A stretch of DNA of 47,708 nucleotides from Candidatus Parcubacteria bacterium (GCA_021731495.1 JAKFXG010000010.1:1-47708), one strand, 5' to 3'. Shown: positions 16,146 to 27,484, numbered from the stretch's first letter. Notes: a model not told the origin generated them from the sequence alone. Program-made: numbers and translations.

Positions 16146-16278
16146 TGGGCACCATGCCAACATCAATGCGTGGCGTGCGAAGCAATAGAAAGCTCAGAAA
16201 CATGAACATAAACATAGTAGCTGGTAGATGGATATTGACTCACCAAAATTTACATGTTAACTTAGTATAAAAGTACAT

Positions 16279-16683
16279 TTGAGGAGAACAGAGATGAGAC
16301 CGGATGAATTCGTGAACTCAAACAAGGGTCTATCGAAGAAAGAAACTGAAAGGCGCGTCAGAGAAGCAGCTTTTGGTTCGCCAGACTGGATCGAGGTACA
16401 CGAGCAATGTTACTTCCCCCCATACTCTCCATACGGGAAGGGTCTGCACAATCTTAAGGTTGCAGCGTTGAAAGAAGCCTTAAGAAGAGCCTCTTCGCTC
16501 GCCGATTGGGTCTGCATTGCGGAGCACGTCAAGGCACCCTACCGCAACAGAGCATTCGATGAAATTTTGAAGTTCAACATCACGAATCAAGATGACATCA
16601 ATTTGCTCCTCCACAGTTCCTCAGACCGTCTGCAGTCTGTTGGCTGGTATCTCAACGGCAGACACAATCGGGACAGTCAGTAG
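16279..16683 (+). CDS. hypothetical protein
   Basis: The ORF has SD GAGGAG upstream of ATG 16294, which is the more likely start. A terminator follows. Confidence 0.5.
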   Translation: MRRTEMRPDEFVNSNKGLSKKETERRVREAAFGSPDWIEVHEQCYFPPYSPYGKGLHNLKVAALKEALRRASSLADWVCIAEHVKAPYRNRAFDEILKFNITNQDDINLLLHSSSDRLQSVGWYLNGRHNRDSQ

Positions 16684-16709
16684 GGGGTGACCGTCTTTCA
16701 GCGTCTTGC

Positions 16710-16739
16710 AAAAGAACCGTTGGAGGACGGTTCTTTTTA
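16710..16739 (+). terminator. intrinsic terminator
   Basis: AAAGAACCGT-tggagg-ACGGTTCTTT followed by TT. Confidence 0.7.
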
Positions 16740-16832
16740 CAGCTAAAGTCCTTCGGGCTGGGCACATGGCGTAGTAAGAATAAGAAGTAGTAACCCAATA
16801 GGCGATTTTGCTAAATCGGGTACAATTAACAG

Positions 16833-17189
16833 ATGGAAATCCTTATTGTCCGCAAGCCGGTGGATCAGGAAACGCTTGATGCGCTCGCAAAAGAGTGGCA
16901 CCAAACTCTAGTGAAAGGGGTGGCGGACATCAAGACTGGCCTCGTCGCGCTCGGCGGCGAATGGCACATTGACGCAAACAATCGCCTCCTTGAGGAGGGT
17001 TCAGAGCAGAAAGACCTCTGGGGCTTCAACATCTATCCAAAAGAGAAGGGAGACGCGGCGATCGAATACAATTCACTTATCAATATCAGGCCAATACAAG
17101 GGAACCGAAGTATGGAAATTACGAGCGAAGAAACGCGACACGCCGTTCGTAAAGTTGCAGCGCTCGCCGTCCCGTTTCTCGGTTTATGA
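16833..17189 (+). CDS. DUF5674-like protein
   Basis: Resembles the DUF5674 family (from memory): VADIKTGLVALGGEWHIDANNRLLEEGSEQKDLWGFNIYPEK...INIRPIQGNRSMEI. TACAAT lies 6 nt upstream of the ATG. Confidence 0.6.
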   Translation: MEILIVRKPVDQETLDALAKEWHQTLVKGVADIKTGLVALGGEWHIDANNRLLEEGSEQKDLWGFNIYPKEKGDAAIEYNSLINIRPIQGNRSMEITSEETRHAVRKVAALAVPFLGL

Positions 17190-17470
17190 CACAGGATGCC
17201 GCGTTTTATTTCGCGAATCTCGGCGCTGATGTTACTCGTTGCATAAGCGCGGCGAAAGCGCGGAACGAAACCCGGTACGAAGACTCCCTGTCGCGCGCAT
17301 ACCAGACGCTGGAACTTTTACATAAAACCGCCCGCCCGGAAGCATATGAAGAAGGACTTCTCATGCTCCGCGGTCTCGCCCTCGCGCGTGTGACGCCGGA
17401 GACCCTCGAATCTTTTCAATCATCCCTTGACTCGCTTGTCGGTGCATTTTCAGCACGTCTCGTTTCCTGA
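17186..17470 (+). CDS. hypothetical helical protein, translationally coupled
   Basis: ATGA overlap with the upstream stop. 94 aa. Confidence 0.5.
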   Translation: MTQDAAFYFANLGADVTRCISAAKARNETRYEDSLSRAYQTLELLHKTARPEAYEEGLLMLRGLALARVTPETLESFQSSLDSLVGAFSARLVS

Positions 17471-17491
17471 TCTAAGTCGTCAACAAGGGCA

Positions 17492-17521
17492 TTGACAGCA
17501 TGCCATAAAGAGTGCTATACT
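17492..17521 (+). promoter_or_regulatory. strong promoter TTGACA-N18-TGcTATACT
   Basis: -35 TTGACA at 17492..17497 and an extended -10 at 17513..17521. This argues that the listed GTG 17512 start is false. Confidence 0.55.
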
Positions 17522-17586
17522 TTTTCTCAGGAAGTCCCTCGTTTCTGAGGGGACCGAAGGTCTTTGTAACACATGGGGTAATAGCA

Positions 17587-18033
17587 ATGCTTAGTGTAGA
17601 AAGTCTTCCCATTATCGATTGCAACGTTCGCCCGCTTGTTCCTAATAATCTCTGGCTACCACACGGCGGGCATCGGCAAAATGGCCTAATCAGGTGGGAC
17701 AAAGAGGCACAAGGGAAAGCGCTCCTTCTCCCTAATGGGAAAACTGTCCTCCAGATTCTTGAGGAGTTTACGAGTTATCCATTCCACAACGCAAATGTGT
17801 TTGATCACATCCTCCGGAATCCAGAAGACCTGCCCAAGGAATATGAGGGGAAAATCGTACTCTTCCTCGCCACCATCTACGAATACCTTATTGCCGGCTC
17901 GAACTCTTGTGTTCGGGGGCGTCTTCCGAATAGCTCCCAAGTATATTCCATCGGGCTTGAAGACCCTCTCTGGAATGAACATCATTTCGTAATCGCTCTC
18001 GACGCGACACGACTGCAGAGCCCACTACCCTAA
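17587..18033 (+). CDS. hypothetical protein
   Basis: The ORF frame is open from 17512. The first ATG downstream of the predicted promoter is 17587 (MLSVESLPIIDCN...). Confidence 0.5.
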   Translation: MLSVESLPIIDCNVRPLVPNNLWLPHGGHRQNGLIRWDKEAQGKALLLPNGKTVLQILEEFTSYPFHNANVFDHILRNPEDLPKEYEGKIVLFLATIYEYLIAGSNSCVRGRLPNSSQVYSIGLEDPLWNEHHFVIALDATRLQSPLP

Positions 18034-18050
18034 ACCTTTGTGACGTAACT

Positions 18051-18084
18051 TGACCCCGCAATAAAATGCGGGGTCATTATTTTA
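18051..18084 (+). terminator. intrinsic terminator
   Basis: TGACCCCGCA-ataaaa-TGCGGGGTCA followed by TTATTTTA. Confidence 0.75.
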
Positions 18085-18097
18085 TGAACTATCCATA

Positions 18098-18119
18098 ACT
18101 TGTACCTATAGGTACAAGT
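18098..18119. promoter_or_regulatory. perfect 22-nt loopless palindrome ACTTGTACCTA|TAGGTACAAGT
   Basis: Read directly from the sequence. It lies about 240 nt upstream of rpoB. Confidence 0.4.
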
Positions 18120-18358
18120 CTTTGATACCTCCGTGTATATCCACAGGCCTTGTCGAGACCTTGCGCAAAAAGAGGCTCCCTGATACATTAGGGGCATCAG
18201 ATACGAGTGAGTAATGGAGGGCGGGGCGATGCATCATCGGGCTATCGAGTCCAAATTCATACGGGAACCGAAAGAAACGCAAAAGCGATAGCGGATTTAT
18301 TTCCGTGCGTTCGTATTTCATTTATATATTTACTTTTATAAACCTCAGCCTCCCTCAC

Positions 18359-21300
18359 ATGCGCAAAAACATCGTTCAGAAGACTTTCGGTGCGTTTCGG
18401 GCGCCACAGGTTCCGTTCCCGGATCTTGTCGGACACCAGCGGAGCTCCTTTGATTGGCTGCTCAAGGACGGTCTCTCCGAACTTTTCAAAGAATTCTCGC
18501 CCATTACCGATTACTCGGGGAAGAAATTCGAGCTTCAGTTCGAAAAGTTTGAGATTGGTGAACCGAAATATGACGAAGATTTCGCGCGTGAGAACATGCG
18601 CACCTATGAGGTGCCGGTAAAAGCGACCGTCAAGCTCATCAATAAAACCCTTGGTTCGGAGAAGTCGCAGGAAATCTTCCTCACCGACATGCCGATGATG
18701 ACCCCGCACGGCTCCTTCATCGTCTCGGGTGTCGAGCGCGCGATTGTTCCGCAGCTTGCGCGAAGCTTCGGCGCATTCTTCGTGTCGGAGCTTATCCGCG
18801 GCAAGCCGTATTTCGGCGCAAAGATCATCCCGCTTCGTGGCGTATGGATCGAGATCGACTCGGAGGCGGACGGCGCGCTCTTCATGAAGATCGATCGGAA
18901 ACGCAAGTTTCCTATCTCGGAAATTCTGACGGTTTTCGGCGGCGGCATAGGGGAAGCCGTCTTGAAGCATTTTGCAAATGACCCGGCCGCCCTGGCCGCG
19001 ATGCAGGCGACGCTCGCGCACGACGAGGCAAAATCGGTCGAGGAAGCGTATATCGAGATTCACCGCCGCATGCGCGACGGGGATCTCGCCACGCCAGAAA
19101 ACGCGAAGAACTTTGTACAATCGCTCTTCTCGGTCGAACGTTACGATCTTGGGAATGTCGGTCGCCATCGTTTGAATTCGCGTTTCGGCCTCCCTACCTC
19201 CGGGAAGGCGCTCGAGAAGCGCACACTCGTGCTTGCCGACTTCGTCCGCATTATTTCGGAAATTGTGCGACTGAACGCGGACCCTTCCGCGCGCCCGGAC
19301 GACATCGACCACCTCGGTTTCCGCCGCGTACGCTTCGTGGGCGAATTGCTCCAGGCGCGTATGCGCGTCGGCATGAGCCGCATGAAGCGTAACGTGCAGG
19401 ACCGCATGTCGACCATCGAGAGCGAAACGACCCTCCCTATGGCGCTTGTCAATCCGCGTCCCTTCCACGCTTCAGTACACGAATTTTTCACGGCCAACCA
19501 GCTCTCGCAGTTCATGGATCAACAAAATATTCTCTCCGAACTTGAAAACATGCGTACATTCTCGGCGCTTGGCCCGGGAGGGCTCACGCGCGAGCGAGCG
19601 GGTTTTGAAGTGCGCGATGTACATCCGTCCCACTACGGACGCCTCTGTCCGATCCATACGCCGGAAGGTCAGAACATCGGCCTCATCCTCCACATGGCGA
19701 CCCACGCTCGCACCAACGACTTCGGTGTCATTGAGACGCCGTATGTCCGCGTTTCGAAAGGAAGGGTGACCGACGAGATCATCTACCTCAATGCGCTTGA
19801 TGAAGAACTTGAATTCGTCGCGCACGGTGCGACCAAGCTCGATGGGAACGGCCGCATTGTTCTTGATTTTGTCGAAGCGCGCCACAAAGGCGACCCGATC
19901 ATCGTCTCACGCGACATGATCACGCTCATGGACGCTTCCACCTATCAGATGTTCTCCATCGCGACGTCGATGATTCCATTCGTCGACCACGACGACGCGA
20001 ACCGCGCGCTCATGGGTTCGAATATGCAGAAACAGGCGACCCCCGTCCTCATTCCCGAGGCTCCGCTCGTTGCCACCGGTATCGAAACGCATGCGGCACG
20101 GAGTACCGGCCGCCTCGTACTTGCTGAGGAATCTGGTGAGGTCACGCACGTAGATGCACGCAAGGTGACGGTGAAAAATAAGGAAGGGAAGTCAAAGGAA
20201 TACCATCTCCAGGGACTTACCCAGACCAATCAGAACTCCGCATTCATGCAGAGGCCTTCAGTCGTGCTTGGCGACAAGGTCAAGAAAGGCGATGTGCTCG
20301 CTGACAATTCTTCTACCGATCAAGGCCAGCTCGCCCTCGGCCAGAACGTGCGCGTTGCATTCATGAGCTGGAACGGCGCGAACTACGAAGACGCCATCAT
20401 CATCTCCGAGCGTCTCGTCGAAGAGGCGAAGTTTACGACCGTGCACATCGAAGATTTCGATTGCGTGGTGCGCGATACCAAACTCGGTCCCGAGACGACG
20501 ACCCATGACATTCCGAACGTCGGCGAATTGCGTTTGAAGAATCTCGATGAAGAAGGCGTCATCCGCATCGGTGCGGAAGTGCGTCCGGGCGACATTCTTG
20601 TGGGCAAAGTGACCCCAAAGGGCGAGACACAGCTCACGCCGGAAGAGCGCCTTCTCCGTAGCATCTTCGGTGATAAAGCAAAGGACGTGAAGGACACGTC
20701 GCTTCGCATGGAAGGCGGCAAGAAGGGTCGCGTCATTGGCGTGCGGGTATTTTCGCGCGAGAAGGGCGACCAGCTTGAGACCGGCATCATCAAGAAAATT
20801 GTGGTCACGGTTGCCCAAGTACGAAATGTCTCCGTCGGTGACAAGCTCGCGGGACGCCACGGCAACAAGGGCGTCATCAGCCGCGTATTGCCAGTCGCTG
20901 ACATGCCCTACGACAAGGATGGCAATCCTATCGACCTCATCCTCACGCCGCTCGGCGTTCCTTCCCGTATGAACCTCGGACAGATTCTCGAGCTTCACCT
21001 CGGACTTGCGGCGCACACGCTCGGGTATCAGGCAATCGTACCACCGTTCGCAGGCGCGACAGCGGATGAGATCCGCGATGAACTTGCGGCCGCGGGCTTC
21101 TCGAAGACCGGCAAAATGCAGCTTTATGACGGTCGCACCGGCGACGCATTTGCCCAGACCATCGCGGTTGGGTACATGTACGTCCTCAAGTTGCATCACA
21201 TGGTGGAAGACAAGATTCACATGCGCTCCATTGGTCCCTACAGCCTCATCACGCAGCAGCCACTCGGCGGCAAAGCGCAGAACGGCGGACAGCGCTTCGG

Positions 21301-21535
21301 CGAAATGGAAGTGTGGGCGCTCCTCGGTTACGGCGCCGCATACACGCTCCGCGAAATGCTCACTATCAAGTCAGACGATATTCAGGGCCGTTCGGCAGCC
21401 TTCGATGCAATTGTGAAGGGCGAGCCAATCAGTCACTCCGGTACACCGGCGTCGTTCGCAGTCCTTACCAACCAGATCCGCGGTCTTGCGCTCGACGTCG
21501 AGCCATTGAATTTGCCGCCGGAACCAGAGGCGTAA
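18359..21535 (+). CDS. rpoB: RNA polymerase beta subunit
   Basis: GRHGNKGVISRVLP and MHMVEDKIHMRSIGPYSLITQQPLGGKAQNGGQRFGEMEVWAL. The start is taken at MRKNIVQKTF. Confidence 0.97.
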   Translation: MRKNIVQKTFGAFRAPQVPFPDLVGHQRSSFDWLLKDGLSELFKEFSPITDYSGKKFELQFEKFEIGEPKYDEDFARENMRTYEVPVKATVKLINKTLGSEKSQEIFLTDMPMMTPHGSFIVSGVERAIVPQLARSFGAFFVSELIRGKPYFGAKIIPLRGVWIEIDSEADGALFMKIDRKRKFPISEILTVFGGGIGEAVLKHFANDPAALAAMQATLAHDEAKSVEEAYIEIHRRMRDGDLATPENAKNFVQSLFSVERYDLGNVGRHRLNSRFGLPTSGKALEKRTLVLADFVRIISEIVRLNADPSARPDDIDHLGFRRVRFVGELLQARMRVGMSRMKRNVQDRMSTIESETTLPMALVNPRPFHASVHEFFTANQLSQFMDQQNILSELENMRTFSALGPGGLTRERAGFEVRDVHPSHYGRLCPIHTPEGQNIGLILHMATHARTNDFGVIETPYVRVSKGRVTDEIIYLNALDEELEFVAHGATKLDGNGRIVLDFVEARHKGDPIIVSRDMITLMDASTYQMFSIATSMIPFVDHDDANRALMGSNMQKQATPVLIPEAPLVATGIETHAARSTGRLVLAEESGEVTHVDARKVTVKNKEGKSKEYHLQGLTQTNQNSAFMQRPSVVLGDKVKKGDVLADNSSTDQGQLALGQNVRVAFMSWNGANYEDAIIISERLVEEAKFTTVHIEDFDCVVRDTKLGPETTTHDIPNVGELRLKNLDEEGVIRIGAEVRPGDILVGKVTPKGETQLTPEERLLRSIFGDKAKDVKDTSLRMEGGKKGRVIGVRVFSREKGDQLETGIIKKIVVTVAQVRNVSVGDKLAGRHGNKGVISRVLPVADMPYDKDGNPIDLILTPLGVPSRMNLGQILELHLGLAAHTLGYQAIVPPFAGATADEIRDELAAAGFSKTGKMQLYDGRTGDAFAQTIAVGYMYVLKLHHMVEDKIHMRSIGPYSLITQQPLGGKAQNGGQRFGEMEVWALLGYGAAYTLREMLTIKSDDIQGRSAAFDAIVKGEPISHSGTPASFAVLTNQIRGLALDVEPLNLPPEPEA

Positions 21536-21558
21536 TTTATTAATTTCCTGCAACTCTT

Positions 21559-24500
21559 ATGGCTTTCACTCCCCGCAAACTTCCTCCGCGCGACACTTGG
21601 AACGGTCTACGCCTCGCACTTGCCTCACCGGAGCGCATTCTGGCGTGGTCTTCCGGCGAAGTAACCAAACCCGAGACCATCAACTACCGTACCCAGCGCA
21701 GCGAAAAGCATGGTCTCTTCGACGAGAAGATCTTTGGTCCGGAAAAAGACTACGAATGCTACTGCGGCAAATACAAAGGCATTCGCTACAAAGGCATCGT
21801 CTGCGACAAGTGTGGTGTCGAGATCACGCGTTCCATTGTGCGTCGTGAGCGCATGGGCCACATCGAGCTCTGCACACCGGTTGCGCACATCTGGTTCCTG
21901 CGGTCAGTACCCTCAAGAATGGCGCTTCTGCTTGGTGCGTCCGCAATCGACATCGAGAAGGTCGTGTATTTCGCAGGCTACATCATTACGAAGATCGCAG
22001 ACGAGGAGAAAAAGCGTTTGCTCACTGAGCTTGAGAGCGAATATAAGTCGAAGTACAAGTCGCTCGGAAGCGACAAGGAGCGCGATGCGCTGAAAGAGAA
22101 GATGACGCTCACAAAGGCCGAGATTGACGGAGTAGTTGTCGGCAAAGTCCTCGATGAGCTTGAATACCATCGCTTCTCAGTGAAGTACGGCGGTCTCTTT
22201 GAGGCGCGTATCGGCGCCGAAGCGATCTACGATATTTTCTGCAAACTCAACCTCAAAGAGCTCGAGAAGACGCTCTCCGCGCGCTATGAACACGCCGGCG
22301 CCGCCGAGCGCGAGAAGCTCGCAAAGCGCCTCTCGCTTATCGCCGGACTTATTGCTTCGGGCACGCGTCCTGAATGGCTCTTCCTCACACGCATTCCGGT
22401 CATCCCGCCGGCACTTCGCCCGATGGTCGCGCTCGAAGGCGGCCGCCATGCGACGAGCGACGTGAACGACTTGTATCGTCGCGTCATCAACCGCAATAAC
22501 CGTCTCAAGAAACTCATCGACATTCACGCGCCGGAAGTCATTTTGCGTAACGAAAAGCGCATCCTTCAGGAAGCCGTCGACGCACTTCTCGATAACTCAA
22601 TTCGTAAGAGTGGTGCCGCAGCCGGCGCCATGACGCTCGCACAGCGCCGACCGCTAAAGTCACTCGCTGATTACCTCAAGGGCAAGCAGGGGTATTTCCG
22701 CCAGAACTTGCTCGGTAAGCGCGTCGACTACTCCGGTCGCTCCGTGATCGTCGTCGGTCCTGACCTCGAACTCGATGAATGCGGTCTGCCGAAGCACATG
22801 GCGCTTGAACTCTTCCGCCCATTTGTCATCGCAGGACTCCTTGAACGCGAACTCGCGTTCAACATTCGTGGTGCAGGCCGCCTCATTGAGGACGGCGTCG
22901 CGGAAGTGTGGGAGCTTCTTGAAGAAGCCATCAAAGGCAAGTACGTGCTCCTCAATCGCGCACCGACGCTTCACCGCCAGGGTATCCAGGCGTTTCGTCC
23001 GCGTCTCATTGAGGGCGATGCCATTCAGCTCCATCCGCTCGTCTGTAACGCATTCAATGCGGACTTCGACGGCGACCAGATGGCCGTACACGTGCCGCTT
23101 TCGGAAGAAGCGCAGTGGGAGGCGAAAAACATCATGAGCGCCAACAAGAACATCCTCAAACCAGGCTCAGGTGACATCATCGTGCTTACCGGCAAGCCGC
23201 TCGACATCATCCTCGGCGTCTACTGGCTCACGAAAGCAGTTGAAAAGGCGAAAGGCGAGGGCGACTATTTTGCCTCGCCAAATGCGGCCATCCTCGCGTC
23301 AGAATACGGGGCCGTCGATGTTCGTGCCAAGATCAATGTGCTTCCAATGAAAGATAAGGAGAAATATGCGGCATTTAATGGGCATACGTTTGAGACAACG
23401 GTCGGCCGGCTCCTCTTCAACACGGTGTTGCCCGCCGATTATCCGTTCATCAACGAGACTATTACGAAGAAGGTGCTTGCACGCATCGTCAACGATTGCA
23501 TCACGCGATACGGGCTCGACGCCGTTCCGGGTATCGTGAACAAGGTGAAGCGTTTCGGTTTCGATTACGCGACCCGGTCAGGTATTTCCTGGGCTATCGA
23601 CGATGTCTCTGTGCCAAAAGAGAAGTCCCGCATCATCGATGAGGCCGCCGCAAAGGTCGTTAAGATTCAAGACGATTTCCAAAACGGTCTTCTCGCTGAG
23701 GAAGAAAAGCGCCGCATGGCCATCGAGATCTGGCAGGGTGCAAAGCAGGCCGTTGAAGAGCAAGTCGCTCTCGAGCTTGACCCGATGGGCTCCGTTGCCG
23801 ACATGGTACGATCGGGCGCTCGCGGTACACTCGGCAACTTGACCCAGATGGCCGGCATGAAAGGCCTCATCCAAAACACCGCCGGTGTGACCATCGAAGT
23901 GCCGATCATCTCCTCGATGATTGAAGGCTTGAATCCGATCGAATACTTCATGTCCACCCACGGCGCGCGTAAAGGCCTCACCGACACGGCGCTTGGCACC
24001 GCAAAAGCTGGTTACCTCACGCGCCGTCTCTTCGATGTTGCGCAGGACTCCATCGTGACCGAGGAGGATTGTGGTACGAGTCGTGGCGTGAAGATAAATC
24101 GCGTGAGCGCCTCCGGCATCCAGATCAATTATGCCGAAGCACTCTCCGGTCGCGTGCTTGCCGAAGATGCAAAGGATCAGGATGGAAGCGTTCTCTTTAA
24201 GAAAGGACACTATCTTTCTTTCCTCGACGCTGAGGCGCTTTCTGCCGCTTCTTCGATAACGACGATCGTGTCGCGTTCTCCGATGTCGTGCGAGACGCGC
24301 TATGGCGTGTGTCAGAAGTGCTACGGTATGGACCTCACGACGCAAGAGATGGTGGACTTGGGCGAAGCGGTCGGTACCGTGGCCGCACAGGCCATCGGCG
24401 AACCGGGCACCCAGCTCACCATGCGTACCTTCCACGCCGGCGGCGTTGCATCGGTCGGCGGCGATATCACGAGCGGTCTCCCGCGCGTGGAAGAAGTCTT

Positions 24501-25281
24501 CGAGAAGCGTTCGCCAAAGAATCCGGCGGTTATTTCGAAATCCGACGGTCTCGTTACAGAAATTAAAGATGAGGGCCGCGAGAAAGTCATCGTCGTGGCA
24601 CCGCTCGCCGGACAGGGGAAGAAGGATGGTTCGTCATACGAGTACCTCGCGCCGTATCCACGCGTGCCGCTTGTGAAGGAAGGGGACTCTGTCGTGAGGG
24701 GTCAAATTCTCACCGATGGTTCTGCCGATCTTGATGATCTCTTCGAGTACGCGGGCCGTGCGATGGTACAGGAATATATCATTGCCGAGGCATCGAAGAT
24801 CTACGAGCTCCAGGGCGCGCCAGTTTCTCGCAAGCACCTCGAGGTCGTCGTGAAGCAGATGTTCTCGCGCGTGAAGATTTCCGAAGCGGGTGACACCGAC
24901 TACTCGGTCGGCGACGTCGTGGAGGATTGGGAATTTGTCAAATCAGTTGCAGAGATGGAAGCGGCAGGGAAGATCGCTCCAAAGGCGCGCGAGATCGTGC
25001 TCGGCATTAAGGAGAGCGCGCTTTCTCGCCGCTCATTCCTCTCCGCAGCATCCTTCGAGCAAACGACGAAGATCCTCATCAATGCCGCACTTCGCGGCTC
25101 GGTGGACCGACTTCGCGGACTGAAAGAGAACGTCATCCTCGGACGCCTTATTCCATCCGGCACCGGTTTTGCAGGAAGCCAGAAGCACGCGCACATTACG
25201 AAGCTCCAGGCCGAGCGCCCGGCACCTCAGTATTCTGAATCACGCACCACAAGCTTTGCGCCGCGGACTCCGCGCACCTAA
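21559..25281 (+). CDS. rpoC: RNA polymerase beta' subunit
   Basis: Zn finger [22 protein letters not shown] and catalytic [12 protein letters not shown]. Confidence 0.97.
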   Translation: MAFTPRKLPPRDTWNGLRLALASPERILAWSSGEVTKPETINYRTQRSEKHGLFDEKIFGPEKDYECYCGKYKGIRYKGIVCDKCGVEITRSIVRRERMGHIELCTPVAHIWFLRSVPSRMALLLGASAIDIEKVVYFAGYIITKIADEEKKRLLTELESEYKSKYKSLGSDKERDALKEKMTLTKAEIDGVVVGKVLDELEYHRFSVKYGGLFEARIGAEAIYDIFCKLNLKELEKTLSARYEHAGAAEREKLAKRLSLIAGLIASGTRPEWLFLTRIPVIPPALRPMVALEGGRHATSDVNDLYRRVINRNNRLKKLIDIHAPEVILRNEKRILQEAVDALLDNSIRKSGAAAGAMTLAQRRPLKSLADYLKGKQGYFRQNLLGKRVDYSGRSVIVVGPDLELDECGLPKHMALELFRPFVIAGLLERELAFNIRGAGRLIEDGVAEVWELLEEAIKGKYVLLNRAPTLHRQGIQAFRPRLIEGDAIQLHPLVCNAFNADFDGDQMAVHVPLSEEAQWEAKNIMSANKNILKPGSGDIIVLTGKPLDIILGVYWLTKAVEKAKGEGDYFASPNAAILASEYGAVDVRAKINVLPMKDKEKYAAFNGHTFETTVGRLLFNTVLPADYPFINETITKKVLARIVNDCITRYGLDAVPGIVNKVKRFGFDYATRSGISWAIDDVSVPKEKSRIIDEAAAKVVKIQDDFQNGLLAEEEKRRMAIEIWQGAKQAVEEQVALELDPMGSVADMVRSGARGTLGNLTQMAGMKGLIQNTAGVTIEVPIISSMIEGLNPIEYFMSTHGARKGLTDTALGTAKAGYLTRRLFDVAQDSIVTEEDCGTSRGVKINRVSASGIQINYAEALSGRVLAEDAKDQDGSVLFKKGHYLSFLDAEALSAASSITTIVSRSPMSCETRYGVCQKCYGMDLTTQEMVDLGEAVGTVAAQAIGEPGTQLTMRTFHAGGVASVGGDITSGLPRVEEVFEKRSPKNPAVISKSDGLVTEIKDEGREKVIVVAPLAGQGKKDGSSYEYLAPYPRVPLVKEGDSVVRGQILTDGSADLDDLFEYAGRAMVQEYIIAEASKIYELQGAPVSRKHLEVVVKQMFSRVKISEAGDTDYSVGDVVEDWEFVKSVAEMEAAGKIAPKAREIVLGIKESALSRRSFLSAASFEQTTKILINAALRGSVDRLRGLKENVILGRLIPSGTGFAGSQKHAHITKLQAERPAPQYSESRTTSFAPRTPRT

Positions 25282-25300
25282 CGTATTCAGTATTAAAAAC

Positions 25301-25331
25301 AAAAACCGCCCCACAGGGCGGTTTTTGTTAA
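25301..25331 (+). terminator. intrinsic terminator after rpoC
   Basis: AAAAACCGCCC-caca-GGGCGGTTTTT followed by GTT. Confidence 0.8.
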
Positions 25332-25374
25332 CCCAAGGAAGTTTCTGTAAAGGTCAGATCTTCATAGAAAATAG

Positions 25375-25414
25375 AAATCGGCGCGGGAGACCCTAAGGGT
25401 TCCTGCGCCGATTT
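25375..25414 (-). terminator. hairpin terminator for the small membrane-protein gene
   Basis: AAATCGGCGC...GCGCCGATTT stem. The flank on the minus strand is T-rich. Confidence 0.5.
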
Positions 25415-25425
25415 TGTTGTCGCAA

Positions 25426-25668
25426 TCACGGCTTAATCCACGGGATTAGCCATCTCCCGATTAGGTAGAGTGACACTGTTCGTCCAATGAGAAACGAAAT
25501 CGTGAGGATGAGTGCGACAGAACCCCACCCAAGTGTCTCTTCAAGCCAGATATCTACTTCGCGGTAGATTTCAAGCATGGTCGTTATGCCCCTCATCACC
25601 ATGACCATGATGACCAGGGACAGGATTAAGTGAAGGATGCCGAACGTTATCTTGGTGAATGTGCTCAT
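25426..25668 (-). CDS. small two-helix membrane protein
   Basis: MSTFTKITFGILHLILSLVIMVMVM... plus a second hydrophobic helix. SD GGGGG lies 7 nt upstream of ATG 25668, and TATAAT lies at 25706..25701 (minus strand). Confidence 0.55.
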   Translation of the reverse strand: MSTFTKITFGILHLILSLVIMVMVMRGITTMLEIYREVDIWLEETLGWGSVALILTISFLIGRTVSLYLIGRWLIPWIKP

Positions 25669-25722
25669 TTGAAGGCCCCCATTCAATTGCTCTGTTGTAC
25701 ATTATACACACATCTATATGCT

Positions 25723-25752
25723 TTGTCAAGCATGCGTGAATCGCGGTAGAAT
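25723..25752 (+). promoter_or_regulatory. promoter TTGTCA-N18-TAGAAT, with the -10 7 nt upstream of the dnaG ATG
   Basis: TAGAAT-cgaagta-ATG(25760). Confidence 0.5.
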
Positions 25753-25759
25753 CGAAGTA

Positions 25760-27466
25760 ATGGCAACCGATACCGTCGCGCAGATAAAGGAACGCCTGAG
25801 CATTCAGGATATTATCGCCCCGTATGTGAAGCTCACGCGGGCGGGGAAGTCTATGCGTGGACTCTGCCCTTTCCATAAAGAAAAGACCCCGTCTTTCCAT
25901 GTGAGTCCTGAACGCGGTACGTGGCACTGCTTCGGTTGCGGGCTTGGTGGCGACGGATTCTCTTTCATTGAGAAAGTCGAAGGCGTCGACTTCAAAGGAG
26001 CCATGAAAATCCTCGCCGAGAAAGCGGGCGTCAGCATTGAGTATTCAGGAGGCAGGCGTCAGGAAGATACGTCAAAAAAAGAGCGAACGTACTCCCTGAT
26101 GAGTCGCGCAAGCGAGTGGTATGCAGGAAAATTCTCTGGAAGCCCTGCGGAGCCGTATGCGAAACAGCGAGGCCTTACGGACGAGACTATCGCCGCATGG
26201 CGCCTTGGCTTTGCGCCTGACGCCTGGCGCGCACTCCTCGAAGCACTCTCTGCCGAAGGATTCACGACCGAAGAATTGCTTGCCGCAGGACTCATAAAAG
26301 AGGCGGACGGGAAGCCGGGCACGTATTACGACCGTTTCCGTAATCGGCTCATGTTCCCGATACGTGACGGTGCTGGTCGCGTCGTCGGATTCACGGGTCG
26401 TACCCTGAGTCCCGACGAGCTGGCGAAATACCTCAACAGTCCGGAAACGGAGCTGTACCGCAAATCAGAGCTTCTCTTTGGTATGGATAGAGCGAAAGAT
26501 GCGATACGCGTGCGCGGCTTCACGATGCTGGTCGAAGGGCAGATAGACGTGTTGCTTGCGCATCAGACAGGCTTCACGAATGCGGTGGCGCTTTCTGGTA
26601 CCGCGCTCTCGGAGCGCCACCTCTCGCTCATGAAGCGGTACAGCGAGAATCTCATGCTCGTGCTGGATGCCGACCCCGCTGGCCTCACGGCCACGGCGCG
26701 CTCAGCCGCGCTTGCGCTCCAATCGGGACTCCGCGTGAAGGCCGCGCGGCTTCCTGTGGGCAAGGACCCGGCCGATCTCATCAGTGAAGATCCGAAAGAA
26801 TTTTCAAAGCGTGTGGTTGCCGCAAAGCCCATAGTTGAGTTCTTCCTCGCGGAGCTCGCGCAAAAGGAGAGCGATCCGCACCGATTGTTGCGCGCCGCCG
26901 AAGGTATCGTACTCCCTCTTATCAACGCGATACCGAGCCCGATGGAGCGTGAGCATTTCATACAAGCGGCGGCGCGATCACTCGGGCTTTCAAACGAAGC
27001 GGTCCGTGAATCGTTGAAGCGCCCCATCAGAGAGGAATTCCGTGCGCCTGCGGCGCACGCCTCTAACGGGGTAAATCTACCAAAGCAGTCGTCACGCGAA
27101 TTGCGTTCGGAGCAGCTTCTTGCGGTTCTCGAGAGCTATCCCAACACCCCCCTTGCAGAGCGCGTCAAATCGGAGTATTGTCGAATTACTGAGGCCGATG
27201 TACTGCCGCCGGTAACCATTCCGGAATCCGCGCTGTTCTATGCAGAGCAGACGTTCGGGGAGAATCCCGAAGAGGGGGCGGCAGACGAGCTTCTCCACGC
27301 CTTTGAAGAAGCGGTTATCCGCGAGGCGTATCAGGCGGCAGTCATGCATTTACGTAGAGCTGAGGCTTCGGAAGATGCTTCTTCAATTGAGAGTGCACAG
27401 AGCCAGTGCGCGAAACTTTCCGCGCGCCTCGCCGCATTTCATCCAACAGGTAAAGCAAAAGGTTGA
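25760..27466 (+). CDS. dnaG: DNA primase
   Basis: Zn ribbon CPFHKEKTPSFHVSPERGTWHCFGCG and a TOPRIM region (LVEGQIDVL...LVLDADPAG). Confidence 0.95.
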   Translation: MATDTVAQIKERLSIQDIIAPYVKLTRAGKSMRGLCPFHKEKTPSFHVSPERGTWHCFGCGLGGDGFSFIEKVEGVDFKGAMKILAEKAGVSIEYSGGRRQEDTSKKERTYSLMSRASEWYAGKFSGSPAEPYAKQRGLTDETIAAWRLGFAPDAWRALLEALSAEGFTTEELLAAGLIKEADGKPGTYYDRFRNRLMFPIRDGAGRVVGFTGRTLSPDELAKYLNSPETELYRKSELLFGMDRAKDAIRVRGFTMLVEGQIDVLLAHQTGFTNAVALSGTALSERHLSLMKRYSENLMLVLDADPAGLTATARSAALALQSGLRVKAARLPVGKDPADLISEDPKEFSKRVVAAKPIVEFFLAELAQKESDPHRLLRAAEGIVLPLINAIPSPMEREHFIQAAARSLGLSNEAVRESLKRPIREEFRAPAAHASNGVNLPKQSSRELRSEQLLAVLESYPNTPLAERVKSEYCRITEADVLPPVTIPESALFYAEQTFGENPEEGAADELLHAFEEAVIREAYQAAVMHLRRAEASEDASSIESAQSQCAKLSARLAAFHPTGKAKG

Positions 27467-27484
27467 TCCATTTTTATTTTCAAC

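Noticed and set aside
18257-19468. 403-aa ORF on the minus strand
   Set aside because: It lies entirely antisense to rpoB, which is unmistakable. Its sequence is Arg/His/Ala-rich, typical of a shadow frame in GC-rich coding DNA.
20258-21220. 320-aa minus-strand ORF
   Set aside because: Antisense shadow ORF inside rpoB.
23578-24435. 285-aa minus-strand ORF
   Set aside because: Antisense shadow ORF inside rpoC.
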